Positions 50,363 through 63,920 are shown, counted from the stretch's first letter. The stretch: 64,000 nt of DNA from Klebsormidium nitens (GCA_000708835.1 DF236997.1:62001-126000), one strand, 5' to 3'. Notes: generated by a model from the letters alone, not told the origin. Made by a program: numbers and translations.

Positions 50363-51917
50363 AAGGACTGGGTGCGGCTAGGGAGACGTGAAGCAATATT
50401 AGGGAGGAGCCTGATTATCCTTAGAGGACGGAAGGAAGACTAGCTGCAAGGGGTCGATTCAGCGGGGGGTCGCTTGCATGTATATTGTGTTTCCTCGCTT
50501 GTTGTTGTCGTTAGAGTTAGGCTAAATCTCGGTGTATAAAAGTTATCAGGTTAGAGTTCAATGCATGTGCATGTGGGGTTATGTCAGATTGCAATTCGAA
50601 GACAAATCGAAAATGTGAGATACGCTGAATATTGAACTTGCCTGTAGATATGAACAAAGATATATGGGTCTGCAAGGAGTGTTTGCCGTAGACAAGTACT
50701 ATCAGTGGGTAGCCCGGTAGTCGATAGCTTGTAAGTAGATATATACTTGTTTGCGATGGTCGAATTGTAAATCCATGTCCAGGACTTCAGACGTCGAAGA
50801 ATGATGTCGCTTGAAAATTGGAATTCATAGAACTTGATATTCAATGTAGTAGCGCTGGATCAGTACGGTAGATCCAAGTTACTTGTTCACTTGCATTCAA
50901 GTAAAATTCATGTCGATTGGCATTTGATTAGAGAGGAAGTCGTCGGACTCGGAACTATATAATTTTTTTGCAATCCAAAGCCGCGGTCGACTCTGCAGCA
51001 TGGCCGTCAATCGCGCCCAATCTATAGGGCCATAGCCGCCTTGCTTTTCATCTTGCGATCATTTTTGATTAAACTGTCATGAGAGGCGGCCACCTTACGT
51101 ATGCCAGAATTCGGTTGCACTACTACCAGCTATATTGCTGTTATTCATGCGCATCTCTAGCTAGAGATCCGCGTCTAGATTACTAACAACATCATGGCAT
51201 GCCTGTACGCAATGTTTGCATGTGCAGTGATATGGTTCGATAACGTACCGATCGCGTCACATCGATCCGAATATGCTTCGATCGATCATCTTTGATTTAG
51301 CTAATTTCCCTGCGCCGGTAGCCATGACTAGCGCTTATATACGTTGCAAAACGAATCTGCTTCGGCCTGGCATGTTTGATGACAATTGCCAGGACGGTCG
51401 GATTGCGTCCATGATGCTTTCCATCAAACCGCGGCCACTCAACAAGACCATTGCCTGCATATGGTATAGTAGGATGTCCAATCGTTTCACATTGGGGGTC
51501 CATTCAATTCTGCATACGGAACTATGATCCAATGTTAGTGTAGAGCCTTATCAGAGCCAGTTATGCAAAAGGTGATCTATTCACTACAACGTCCGCATTT
51601 GCAGCATGTCAACAGTCCCAACGTACATGCTTCCCGACGCGGTTTCTCTAGCCGTTTAATGCAGCATGTTTGTTAAGGCAGCCATGGTCAGCCTGAGGCC
51701 GCCGGGCCGTTGGCCCGCAGGATGCTCAACGACAATGTTTCGGTAGGGTCTCACGCACCGCATCAGGTCCGTTGACAACACAGATATTTTCGTGGAGCTC
51801 TCAAATTGCCCACAGGGGCTTTCTTCCACCATCAGCACCTACAAAACTTGGCCAAAACAGAACCTCCAACGATCTGCCCGGGCACAATATCCTCCCAATC
51901 ATACAATACCTTGACAA

Positions 51918-54900
51918 TCAAAAACCAGACAGGCTAACTGCAAAGGGGGCCGCCTTATTTGTTTGCATTTCGTACGAAGGCCGTCGGACACCATCCGCAC
52001 CCTTGGGGAACTTGGCTTCGAGCAACAGGGCGCTGAAGGGAGCAAGGTCGTAGGATCCGTGGGGATGCACCCTGCAAAGGAGTAGATGACTTGCTAAGTT
52101 TGCGTGCTAGGTAGGTTTCAGGAAATTCCATCTCAACAACGGAAATGCAATTCTGAGACGGTCGGCTTCACGAACAAAATCTACTTGCGGAGGCAATATC
52201 AAGCAAAATTCTAGTATGTCTTTTGGCCCACTCGCATGACCATCTGAACCTGACGTATTTCGATTTTGCAAAGCGAAAACACCAAAGTATGCATGACGAA
52301 ACAGGAAAGGACACAGACAAGGTTAAAGGTTCTTGACCGTTCTTGACCGTCTTTGAGAAACTAAGCACTCCTTATCATGCTACCAAACAAGGACGACCGG
52401 CATCCGACACCCCCCGAAAGCAAGCACAAAGACAGGTGAAATGCAAAAGCGCTCATTGGTTCTTAAACTCACACGTCCGGCGCCCCGGGGGGCGGCGCGT
52501 GGAGGGCCTCCCCCTCCCCGACGAAGTAGCTCTGCACCGGCATGCTGGTGTCCGCCAGGCGGTGCCAGACAGCGCCACGTGGCGGCGCGGGGAGGCCCAG
52601 CGTCACCTGGTCCCCGTGCGCATTGAATGCTATGTACAGGTCGCCGTGGCCCACCGGCTCCAGGCCCGCCAGCGGATCCACCGCCTCCGGAAGGTCCTCG
52701 CCGGCACCGGAAGGGGCCTCGAGGGACACACCCGGCACAGAGAATGGGGCCCGCTCTGGGGCCTCGAGTTCCGGTTCCGGTTCATATTCCGAGTCCGGTT
52801 CCGGTTCCTCGACGGGGACGTACTGATGCAGGCTGGCCGCCAAGAAGGCGCTGCACGAGGGGGGGTGGAAAAGCGTGAGTTGAGGGGACTGCTTCTCCTA
52901 CCCCCCTTTGTACACAGTCTCGACATCGCAACCGACAGTCTTTCCACCCGCTTATCCGCTTCGTCACTGCCGGAGGATATGCGTTCGTGGATAGTGTCAG
53001 TCTGCTTATATCCGCGAAGCGAGCGGCCTTTCGTTTCAGCGCTGGATGTCTCAAAATAATAACTTTCTATTGTACATAATCTAGAGCCGGCGCTGACCTG
53101 GAGGGGTTGTCCCACTCTGGGTGTGCGGGCCAGTAGCCGTGCCACACGAGCTCGTGCGGCAGCAAATACTCCCGGCGCTGCACCACACGCGACAATCCGG
53201 GACAATCAAGACCTGTGGATAGCAATCAAAACCGGGGCCGCGCAAAAAGGCATCGGGCAACGGATCCAAGAGCACGGTCAGGAGAGGTTTGTCAACGTCG
53301 ATCCAAAGTGAACGCCAGCGCAATGACAGTAGGTCGAAGCTAAGGGGGCGGGGAAAGCGTGCAGCAGTCGACTTCGGGCGCTCTTTGAGACTGCGTCAAC
53401 GGAAGAAGTTTGCGCAGCAGACGTTTCCTGGCTTGCTTTTCCCAAGCAGACTTTCTTTGGTCCGCTTTACTGACCTGCAGTAGCTCGGGGTGCTCCTCTC
53501 GGAAGGCCACCAGGCGCGCAATCAGCTCCTTCAGCTGACTGCCCAGAGGTCCTTCCATTTGGCCCCAGTGGAAAACGCTGTTCCTGCAAAACGAGTCCAA
53601 CATCTATCGGCACGCGCTTCTTGTGACGGAGACCTAAACAGCATCGATTGAACTTGTACGGTAAAGCCGCCTTGTAGTGTCGCTGTCCCGAAAAGCATGT
53701 GCGCTTCAGTGCACTTTGCATCGCGTGGCGACTCCACCTGTCCTCCACGTCGAGGTTGCCGTTCTTGGTGTGGCCGTACTCGTCGCCCATGGTCAGCACC
53801 GGCACGCCTTGCGACAGAAACAGCGCCACCAGGTACGTGCGCATCTGCAGCCAAGAAGGAGTGACGTCACCTGGCTGTCCGCCTGGGGCGCTTCCAGCGT
53901 CAAAAGGAGCGACGCTCTATGTTATTTTTGCAACAGAGATTCCCCATGTAACTCACAAACGCATCATCTGCACGTATTTTGGTCTCAATATTCATCTTGA
54001 AAGTTGCAGGAAGACACGCAGATGGCACCTCAATCTCGTCTTAAAGTTGCACTGCGAAATGAATGGCATGCGAGGCCGACACCCACCTGTCGTTGGCGGG
54101 CGTCTGTGACCCCTGGATCAGCCACTTGCCCCTCAACTCCAGCATTCCAACTGCAGGAGTGCGGATAAAGTTCATTACTCTAGCGAGAAACCTGTGCAAG
54201 CTTCCGGCAATGAAATGGCCGCAGTGCCTGCAGAAGCAAAGCAGATGAGAGATGTGCGGAATCCAATCGAGTGAAGGGAGTGACGGAAAACTCCGAGCTC
54301 TGCTCACCCAAACTCATTCTGACACCGGAAGTCGTTGGGGTACCCACTGCAGAAGCAGAACATATCCAGTCAATAGTCGCAAAAACGGAGGATGCCAAAG
54401 TACAGGGAAGCCTTGCGAAATTACTTGGTGCTGTGGTCCGAAAAGGAATTAGTGCCGGCCTTGTCTGTAGATCTAATTGTGTTTGTGGTAAGCGCATAGA
54501 GGCGCACAGATCAACGAGACTCTGCCGGGAAGGCACATTTAAAGATTCGATGAATGACAATGATGGAATCTCTCCGGCAGAGTGCGACATCCCCACGGAT
54601 CTTTAGCCCCCGTTCTAGTAGGAATGATGATCATCTGACGTACAGAAACTCCTTTGTGGGTCTATGGAGAGGTCCAAGGGAGACATGACCTGGTTGCGGC
54701 TCACGTGTACGAGACGACGTCAGCAAGGGTGTAACCGTAGGGGCTGGTGACGTGGTTGAAGCTGAAACCAGGCCCGCGTCGGTCGTCAAAGATGTCACCA
54801 CTGCACCGAAACATCCACGTGACGTCAGCATAGGATTCTTCACCAAGTTCTTCGCATCTGCGCTGTTGAGGATCCAATCAGAAGCAGACCGCCCGACGCC

Positions 54901-57900
54901 AAAGAGTGCTTGCAACGTCTTCAAAGCTGCTTTCCTTTACGGGTGTGCTTTGCATCTCCTGAACGGGCATGCATATGTCTCCACACCAGGTTGTAACGTC
55001 CATTCTCCGGTGGACGCTTGCACGGGGTTCCAAGTAACAGTTTCCCGCCGCACCTGCCGACGAGCCTGGTCGCGAAGGAGCTGAGCTGGCCGCCCTCGCC
55101 GCGGATGAAGCGCCGGACGTCGTCCCGGTAGCGCGAGTTCCACTCGGCCCACCGGCTCCAGTGGGGGAAGTCCACCGGCTGCAACAGCACCGCACCGTCA
55201 GCACATTTGATAGCAGAATAGGCACTGTCTCGCTATTCTTCCACTGTAGAATTTCTCTTGACTCCAGGGCAACAGCGGCAGCAGTCCTGGTTCGGAAGCC
55301 CAGTCAGCCCAGTAGGCGGCTAGCAATAGCAGAGGACTCTGCAGATCATCAAGCGACGGCCAACCAGGATGGACTTTTCCGGTTGATAGCGGAGGCTTTG
55401 ATGAATGCGTGAAAGCCACGCAGGCTGACGCAGCTGGTACGGACTGGCGGATGTTTGAAATCCGAACCAGTCACTTCGAGGCAGACTGCGGACAAAGGTG
55501 ACAAAGGTGACCCGCACTTATGATTGAGTTTTAGGGTTTCCGGGTTTTAGGGTTTTAGAGTGCACGCCCGCGCACCTGGTGCACGCCGGTGATGGGCGAG
55601 CGCAGGTCGGCGATGAGCTTGATGTCCGCGAGCACGGGGTCGAACGCGAGCGCCTCCACGAGCAGCGGCCGGCTGAGCTGCTGCCCGTGCGGGCCCGTCA
55701 CCAGCGCCCCCGCGTTGGCGAAGCAGAAGCCGTCCACGTGGAACTCCTCCACCCACCGCCGGATGCTGTCCACGATCTGCGCGTTGAATGAGCAGGGTGA
55801 GTGAGCAAAGGGCGAGGTCGACTGACGACCTGAGGCACCGAGATTCCAAAAACGTCGTCAAGCAGTCGCGAGTGGCAAGAAGCTGTGCCCGACCGACCAA
55901 TGACATAATTCCTGTGGCGTGGGAGCTGCTTCGGCCGCATATCCAACAGGATTCCGGGCCGATCAACGGTAGACCGCAAAATGTTTTCGAACCACAGTTT
56001 CTGGCCACTGCCCGGTTCTTATCAACTGGATGAGATCCAGCACAGCTCAGCAGGGGGCGGCCTGGGAATAGAGTGCACACCATGCGCTGGACCGTGGGGT
56101 GATTGCAGTTGAAGGCGTTGCCCACTCCAAACTCGGGGATCTTGAACCTGCAGACAGCAAGTGAGGATTGTGGTTAACAACCAGACTTTGCCACCTCAAT
56201 CAGCCGCTGCACCTGCGCCTTGATTGGAAGGCAAGTTTCCTCAGGCCCGTCGCGTTCTAGCACTTTTGGCGTAGCCTCTTCCAGCGTCAGAACCGCTTTC
56301 AAGCCAGCTGCCAAATAAGTACTTGTGATCATCTAAACAACTTGGTTCAGAGCATCATGCACCTTCCAACCAGCTTCGCGTCCAGTATAACACCCGTGCT
56401 TTGAAACCCGGGGCGGCTGAGGGCCGTTGCTCACTGGCCAAATTCGTCGACAAGATAGTATGTCGCATTGTCGATGCCGCGTAGGGACACGGTCTTGGGG
56501 TCCTCGTCGTTGCCCTCCGCTGTGTGACTGTACACCACGTCCAAAAGCACCTGCACCAACAACGGCAGTAGGATAATAGGGCAGAATGCGAAGCGAAATG
56601 CTCCAGGAACGCTTTGCAAGATTCGTGAAGACGGCTTCTGCAATAAGGAGGAGAAGGCTCGCAAAAGAGCTTCACGTTCCTTGCGATCGGCAGGTTTGCC
56701 GCCGGTCAAGGAACTGTGTGTGTGTCAAAGGACTGCATATCTGGCAGGAGGGTATTAAAGAGTAGAGCAATCTCTACTCCACGGCGCTCTTTCTGTCAAC
56801 GTATCCCAGATGCTACGTTGGCACGGATAGAACGCCGCAATACGAACCTGTCATCAACAGGTTCTGTCCAACGTGAAGCTGGATCAGTCCTTGTAAATGT
56901 AAGATTCAATGGCCCCAGCGTACTAACCTCGATGCCGGCCCGGTGCAGTTCCTTGACCAGCAGTTTGAGCGAGCGGGAAGCGGCCACGCCGCTGCCGCCG
57001 GGGCCGTAGATCGAAGCAGGAGCAAAGAAGCTGCAAACCCAGGCTTCAGTACAGACTTAGATGACGGATCTGACTCAACCTTACACATGCTTGGCGTTCG
57101 CTGAAGGTCAGGATCCGACGGACAGAAGTCGAGGGAATGAGTAGAGAGATACAGGTAAAGGGAAGGAAAAAGATCTCAAACATATCAAAAAGCAGTTGCT
57201 AGCGATCGGAATTCAGCTCTACCTGCAGAATAGGGACAAACGGAAGCGTGAATGTTTTGGCTGCATTCAGCAGAAAAATATAGGGGTGCACAGGAGGTCT
57301 CTGTTCAAGAGCTCGATATTGCAACACGTTTGAAGCTCAAGAACGACGGCTGCACCTGATGGGGAAGAAGGAGCCCAGCGTTTCGTCGAAGGCAGCGATT
57401 GGTTGGAGGATCACGGCGTTCACACCTGAAGAAAGCACGGAGCATTCTGTCAATGAACGAGAGGCAAAAATGCACCGATCGGTCGATTATTTCGACAAGG
57501 CGAGGGAAAGAAGGGGGTGCAACGACACTGCCAAAGCGTGCTGCAAGCACCAGTGTGTTGCACATCAGCGGCAAGATCGTCCCGCAGCCTGCGTCACTGC
57601 TGACGTCACCCGCGGAGTCCGGCTCACCCATGTCCACGAGGTGCTGCACCTTCTCGACGACCCCCAGGAAGGTCCCCCGCGCAGCATCCGCTACGCCGCT
57701 GGACGCGTCCCGGGTGAACCCGCCCACGTGCAGCTTGTATGCGATGAGCTCCTCCATGGGGACCCTGCACGGCGGACAGGAAGACCGTGAGCGAGGTGCC
57801 AGAGTTCGAAAGAAAGAGGCGCAAAGACCACGGATGCACTCTGTAAGGAAAGGCGAAGCATCCAGGCACTCTGAAGTCCCGCTCGAAATCTTCTTTGGAA

Positions 57901-60900
57901 TGATAAAGCGTTCAGGTGTCCAAGCGAGTCGTTACCTCCTCATTCTAAATAGTGGCCGCTAAACATTTGAGGTAAGAGCGGCGTCCATCAAAATTGCTAT
58001 TCAGGAGCTAAGGATTCAAGCAGGTTGAACGGACCCACTGCTGCTGCTCATGCAGCACCTAGAGCAACCGATGACTCGATCATCAAATAGACGAATAGCT
58101 ACCGGGTGTCAGCATTCTCTCAAAGCTTGTCGCTTCTGCCAAGCAATCCACACACTGGTCGTCTCTCAAAAAAGTATAGCACCGCGATTGCGAACCTGGC
58201 CGTAAAAAACAAGACTCGTCGTGTGATACGGGAGTCACGCCTGGCCAAATGCGCGAGGTTGTTTGCTTACAGTGGTGGGTAGTCGCCCTCCCAATCGAAC
58301 GGTTCTTCCGGCTGTAGGAGTCCGAGGGCCAGAGCAGGGGAGGGCAGGTCTTCTGGGAGGGCAAGAGCGAAAGCGCATTGCAGGGGCGGAGCTATTGCAG
58401 AGGATTGAATCTTGGCTTTGCGCAAGCTGGTAATGCACTGGGAGTCTCGCTTTCGGATGTCTAAAATGGCATCCATGCACCTCAATCTTAGGAGAGCTCT
58501 ATGAACGTCGACAGCCGCGCCGCGCCCAAACCGCTGCGTGCTTTGATCGGCGCCGGTTGCTTGTCATGCTAGAGAGCCACTCAAGTACATTGTTGACGTT
58601 CGAAAGCATTCGTTCCCTTGCACCTCACAGCCCACCTTCCAAGAATCCGCACAAATTGGAATTAACCACCCGGCACAAGGGTTGGTTAATGATTGGGCCT
58701 CGTAAGGAGATAGTTGGATAGGCCCGTGATTGTTCAAAGTCTCTGTACTTTCAGTGTATTGACGCGCGAGTCTGCTCTCACCTTGACCTGGAACGTGAGG
58801 GGCGATGAAGTGGGCATACGGGTCGAGCAGGACGGGCCGAGAGTGGAACCGGTTGCCTGTGGCCCAGCCAACTGCCCCCTGCCAGGAACAAAAGAACGCG
58901 TAACTCAACTCCGGTTGTTTTTGTGAGGAGACCGGCATCGAGGACCTTTGCAGATCAACACACTTCAACGCATGCCTTCGTTGATTTTTCCTGTCGTAAC
59001 GCCACATTGATGATCGAGTGTAGGAGTAGGACAAGCGAGTCTCAATACATTTCACTAACCCCATTTTAGCTCACAAACCTTGCAATCGGACCCGTTCAAT
59101 ATATCAAGAGGGTACCAGGATCAGCCCCGTACCCTGACCCTGTAGCCGTAGCGGTCGTAGCCCTCCACGCTCTCTAGCTGCGCGTGCCAGACATCGCCCG
59201 TTCGGTGCAGGCCGGGGCTCAGATCAAGCTCCGTCTGGACAGAGGAACAAAATTACAAGGGTTAGACACGGGTCTTTATGCTGAGCAACGAGGGTACTAA
59301 CGTGCAAGCGCATCTTATTGTTAATAGACAAGCATCGTAGTAAAGTTTAACGAATGTGCTCAACAGGGCTAGCGAGTCAACATTTACTTCTATCAGTAGA
59401 TATTATCTGATTGTTACTCCAATGCAAGGCAGTGGCCAGTCCTGAGACTCACGGAGGGCTCCACCGCCCCCGGCTTGAACAGGCAGAGGATGACCCCTTC
59501 CGCATTCCGCGAGTAGAGCGCAAAGTTGACTGAGCCGTTGCTCTGCCAGGTGGCGCCCAGCGGGTCTGGCGAACCACGGCCGAGGCCCACCGGGACAGAA
59601 AAGTTGCTCTCCTTGGTGCTCCTGAGATTTGATTGAGAGGGCTGGTATTATTTCTGGCGTTTGCAGCTGTGCTGATACGATGGCGGACTTTACACACAGG
59701 GGGCGGACATGGACAAAAGGAGGGGATTGTCGATATGGTCGCCCATATTATGACTAGCAGTTTTGTAAGATATCCGGGACGGCAATGTCATTTGTAAGTC
59801 CTTTCGGTCACCCAGTATGCAAAAGATCCATAGTCTTTGTATGCCTGGTTCACCTGAACCACTTCTCTGGGACTTTCTCTGTCGGCGGCTGGTACAGGAC
59901 GAAGTGTAGCTCCACCGGCGCCTTCCTTGCATCCAGTGCAATCTCGATCCTTCGCACGCCAGGCCGTGATTCAAGAATGGGCGTCCGCATTGCTTCAGTC
60001 CTGCAGGGAAGATATTTCAAAAACCGCTCCGCAAAACTCTGGTATGAGACATTCTCTCATCTTCTAAGGACCAGAAGCAATTTAAGCCCAGCAGCAAGAC
60101 CCAAGTGCGGTTAACCACTGATCTGCTTGGGCTGGACGAAATCGGAGCTGGGCAAAATTGTCAGAAGTAGCGACTGAGCCAAAGATCCCATCGTCTTTGA
60201 AAGTTACAAGCGTGGGACCCTTACTCGCCGCCACTCAGGGTGGTGTTGGGTGGAGCAGACTTGGCATCCAAGAGCACCCAGTCCTCACTGTCTGATCGGG
60301 AAAGACCCTGCAATTGAAATGTTGGGGGAAACATTCACTCATGTGTTAGGCCCTGCCGACACAAACCAAAATATAGATCTCGCAAAAACGACCTTGACCT
60401 CCACAGGGGAACAAGCTTCACAAACCCTTCGAAACGCGTAGGAGCAAGATATGACTGTGCAATGTCAACTGAACGATCCTGATTTGGACAGCCCCCCTTG
60501 CCCTGTCCACCAGTCGCACTTTTATCCAAACTTACCCAATGTAAGTGGAGGGGGGTTGCTGAGTCAATTTCCAGCTCCTTGGTGTTGACCTCCAGAGTGA
60601 CCATGAAGCGCCTGGCTTCCTTTCTCACGGATGCTAGGACCTGTAGACATGAACCTGACGTGAGAAATATGGAATTTGCCCAAGTGGCAGCTCCGCTTGA
60701 GAGCAATTGTCAGAGTTGTGGTGCGCAAGATTGAAGGGGCTATCATGGTGAAAAGACAAGAACCTGATTCTGATTCGTTCAAGTTGTGCTGGATTTCTTG
60801 CAGTCTCACAGCCAGACCTCTTACTGGCAATATGTGGCATCATCACGCGGCAATTAACGTGTGACTGGTCCATAACGATGCTGCAAATGCCAATTGGCTT

Positions 60901-61394
60901 ACTCGACCACCACCGTTGATGTGGTACACGAATGTGTTGCCATCCTTCTTCAGAGCATGCACCGCAGGCGATGACTTGCTCCGTGCAGACGCTGTATCTG
61001 CAGCCGAAGGCACAACGTCTGGCCCATCTTCATCGCGCTCAATTGCGTCCCAGAATGACTTGGCACCGGTAGTATTTTGTTCTTTTTTGCTACCTCTGGA
61101 GCCCTGCTTCAATACAACAGTCTTCTTTGAGCTGCCACCTGGCAACTCTGCCCTGATTGGTTGGAATGGAGAGCGATGACAATCTGGCCGCCAGCTGTGA
61201 GACTGCTTCAATGCTGCAAGTTTCCAACCAACTCTGAAAGGTGATGCGCATTGCGTGGCACTTCCAAATTCACACAATGGGGAAACCGGGTGTACAGTGT
61301 GCCCTTGTGATCTCCGGGTGCTATTCAAGCCAGATCTCTGTAGCCCAATGTTGGGCAGGTCGCATTGAGATGCTGCCACGCTCGCGTGAGCCAT
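51918..61394 (-). CDS. ISA2: Isoamylase 2 (non-catalytic GH13 starch-debranching subunit), plastid transit peptide, about 20 exons
   Basis: CBM48 (PLGATW…[10 protein letters not shown]), [24 protein letters not shown]; ISA2 signature [13 protein letters not shown]…[77 protein letters not shown], last exon [14 protein letters not shown]. Confidence 0.92.
55529..55560 (+). repeat. Interstitial telomere-like array (TTTTAGGG)x4, degenerate, in an ISA2 intron
   Basis: ttttaggg tttccggg ttttaggg ttttagag, ~15 nt from the donor of the minus-strand intron. Confidence 0.7.
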
Positions 61395-61982
61395 CTACCC
61401 TCTTTTGGACAGCTACGAATTCAGTCCTAAAGAGGATGAGAGGAGCTTGGCCGCCCTCATCTCAGAGACTCCGTCTCGGAATTACCTCTGCCAGTGCATT
61501 GCCTCTGCATTGTTGGAGCCACATTTGCTTGCTCCTTGCATGATACATTGGGCCTAGCTCATTCAACCAAATGTAGGATAGAGCTCTGTATTTGCACTGT
61601 AAATCTGGTTGTTCATAAGGGTCTGTGTCACCAGCCAATATTCTTTTTAAATATACGGAATACCGACCGGTAGTCAGAGAACCTTTCATTCAAATTTCAC
61701 CCCATGCCTTTGATAGTTCACGGGCTTGTAGAGAAGTCAACATTCGGGTCGGGTGGCGGTCGAGGTACCGGTGGGATGCAAAAACATGCAATTGTTCAGA
61801 CCTCAAGGCCAAGATAATATAAGTTGCAAAACACAGAAATCCAACATACGGTAACTCATGAGTCATAACCCATGGGCCGTATCCATTGCTGCAGCCTGCA
61901 CAACTCGGAGTCACAGTTCACGGTGACTTGTGAGGGCATTTTCCACTTGGCAGCGTGGCGGCCAGGGCTGTTCAGAGCGCAG

Positions 61983-63280
61983 ATGGCAAGTGGACCAAAC
62001 TGGAAGACTGACATGAAGCTGCAGAAGTTGCATGAAACACTCCTCACGGCTTTGGCAAAACAACCAGGCAATGAGAGGTGTGCTGACTGCGGCGGCCGAT
62101 TCACAAGGTTCGCTTCCATATCATTAGGGGTGTTCTTATGTAACAGGTGTTATGGTCTGCATCGAAAAGTAGGTGCACATGTGACCAGGACAAAATGCAT
62201 AGGCCTGGATGCGTGGTCACCAGAGGAAGTAGAGAAAATGAAACGAATAGGAAATGTTCGGGCCAACGCTCACTGGGAAGGTATGTCGCACCATCAAACT
62301 TGTTTATTGAAGCCGCTTGATTGTTGACGAAAGTGTGTGCAGCCATCAAGATAAGTTGGTAGGAAAAATGTTGTAGTCGTATGCCATTGCCTTTTGGTTG
62401 GCCCTTTCCTTTGCATCACCACAGTGTTCTGTCTCCGCAGCAAATAGACTGGGTTCTTTCATTATGGAGTCAAGAAGCTACAATAGTTTCCTTGATAAGA
62501 GCATCACCTGATGCCGTATCGGCTTCAGCTTGCCATGTTGAGGTGTTGCAATTTGCCGTAGTTGCTTTTGATTGCTGCTACTATGTCAATCCAGGCAACA
62601 TACCGACCGGATGGCAGAAGGTTCGACCAGACTCGTCCGATGAGGCTGTGGAGGCTTGGATCCGGAAGAAGTACGAGCACAGACTATTTGTCAATGCTTC
62701 GAAGGACCAAGCATCGGTATATGTGCAGGGAGCGATTCCCATCGTGGGAATAGGGCAAGGTAGGTCGTCTTCTTTTGGGGCCTTCCAGCTACCCAAAGGC
62801 AGAGGCGAATTCTTCAGAATCGAGCTTGCAAACTCTAGTATCTCTGTTTTCACTTTCTAGAACGCTGCTCTGTGGAGCTTATGAAGCAATCAACAAGGCA
62901 GCATGATACCCTTATGTATTCATGTGAGGAGGGTTGACTTCTCAGATTCTTCAGTTAGAACTGCTTTGGGGGACCGAGAGAACTTTCATCGAACGACCGC
63001 TCTTTTCACAACAGAAAGATCACCAATCCCTCCCTCAAGTGCGCGAAAGGGCTCCGAAATTGGAGACGTGGGATCGCAGACAACAGTGGACGATAGCTTT
63101 GCTTTGGCCCCAAAGTACAAAAGCCGGGCGGTGGATCTCAATATACCGTCACTGAGTTCGGAATTGCCGAAGATACGAACTAATCACATGGTTTCTGCTG
63201 ATGAACATAAGATAGACCCTTTTGCCGACCTTGAAGAACAATTTGGGGAATTTCAAAGTGCTCACAAATCGTGCACATGA
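61983..63280 (+). CDS. ArfGAP (SMAP/AGD5-like) with C-terminal adaptor-binding motifs; 3 exons
   Basis: CADC-x16-CNRC-x4-R zinc finger with arginine finger (YGLHR), LDAWSPEEV, GNVRANAHWE|G…WIRKKYE; DPF and QFGEF near the C-terminus. Confidence 0.92.
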
Positions 63281-63920
63281 AGGTGGATCGCCTGAGGATT
63301 ATATGCTCCACATACCTGTGCCAATCTGATCTGGTCAGAAAAATTGGAGTGGTCTATTGCATTCGATTTTCTAGGTCAAACGAGCTAGGCGTCACTGCGA
63401 TCCAGATACTAGAACAATTTGTCACTTGTCTTCAGAGATCAGGTAAGGACTGCCACGTTGGTCAAACCGAAATCAGGCTCTGTACACCGCACAACTGGTA
63501 TAGGTAGGCCGCAGGAGACCGCAATGTAACTGGATGCGCCCAAAACCTGTGTCATAAGTACATTCGACCTACGCTTGAAAATGCTACATATGCTGCAGGG
63601 ACCCTTGGACTGATTGTCAATGCTTTGCAAAATGGATGGTTCGTAAGGCGTGCTATACTGTTGAGTAAGTTTGACTGCGGAGCACTCCAACGCACCTTGG
63701 TTGTGCATGTCTGATAACGTAGCTTCGAGATGGTATGTCAAGTAGAATTGTTTCCAATCACTGAGCTGCGCGCAACAAGTATCAACAACAAGTATCAATC
63801 ATCTACAATACACGCTAAACGAAAAGTGCAGGCATGAATTCGAAGCTCTAGCTCTGGCATGTCACTGCGATTTGAGACTGCATGTGCATATGATTCTTTT
63901 CAGTCGATCCTCCCCGCACA

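Noticed and set aside
50584-50844. AT-rich 86-aa minus ORF in the GRF/ISA2 gap
   Set aside because: Non-ATG start, no motif; probably non-coding
61462-61689. 75-aa ORF upstream of ISA2
   Set aside because: Could be a uORF but lies in the shared promoter; no supporting evidence
63439-63798. 119-aa minus ORF near the window end
   Set aside because: May be the last exon of a gene outside the window, but no motif or clear splice acceptor supports it
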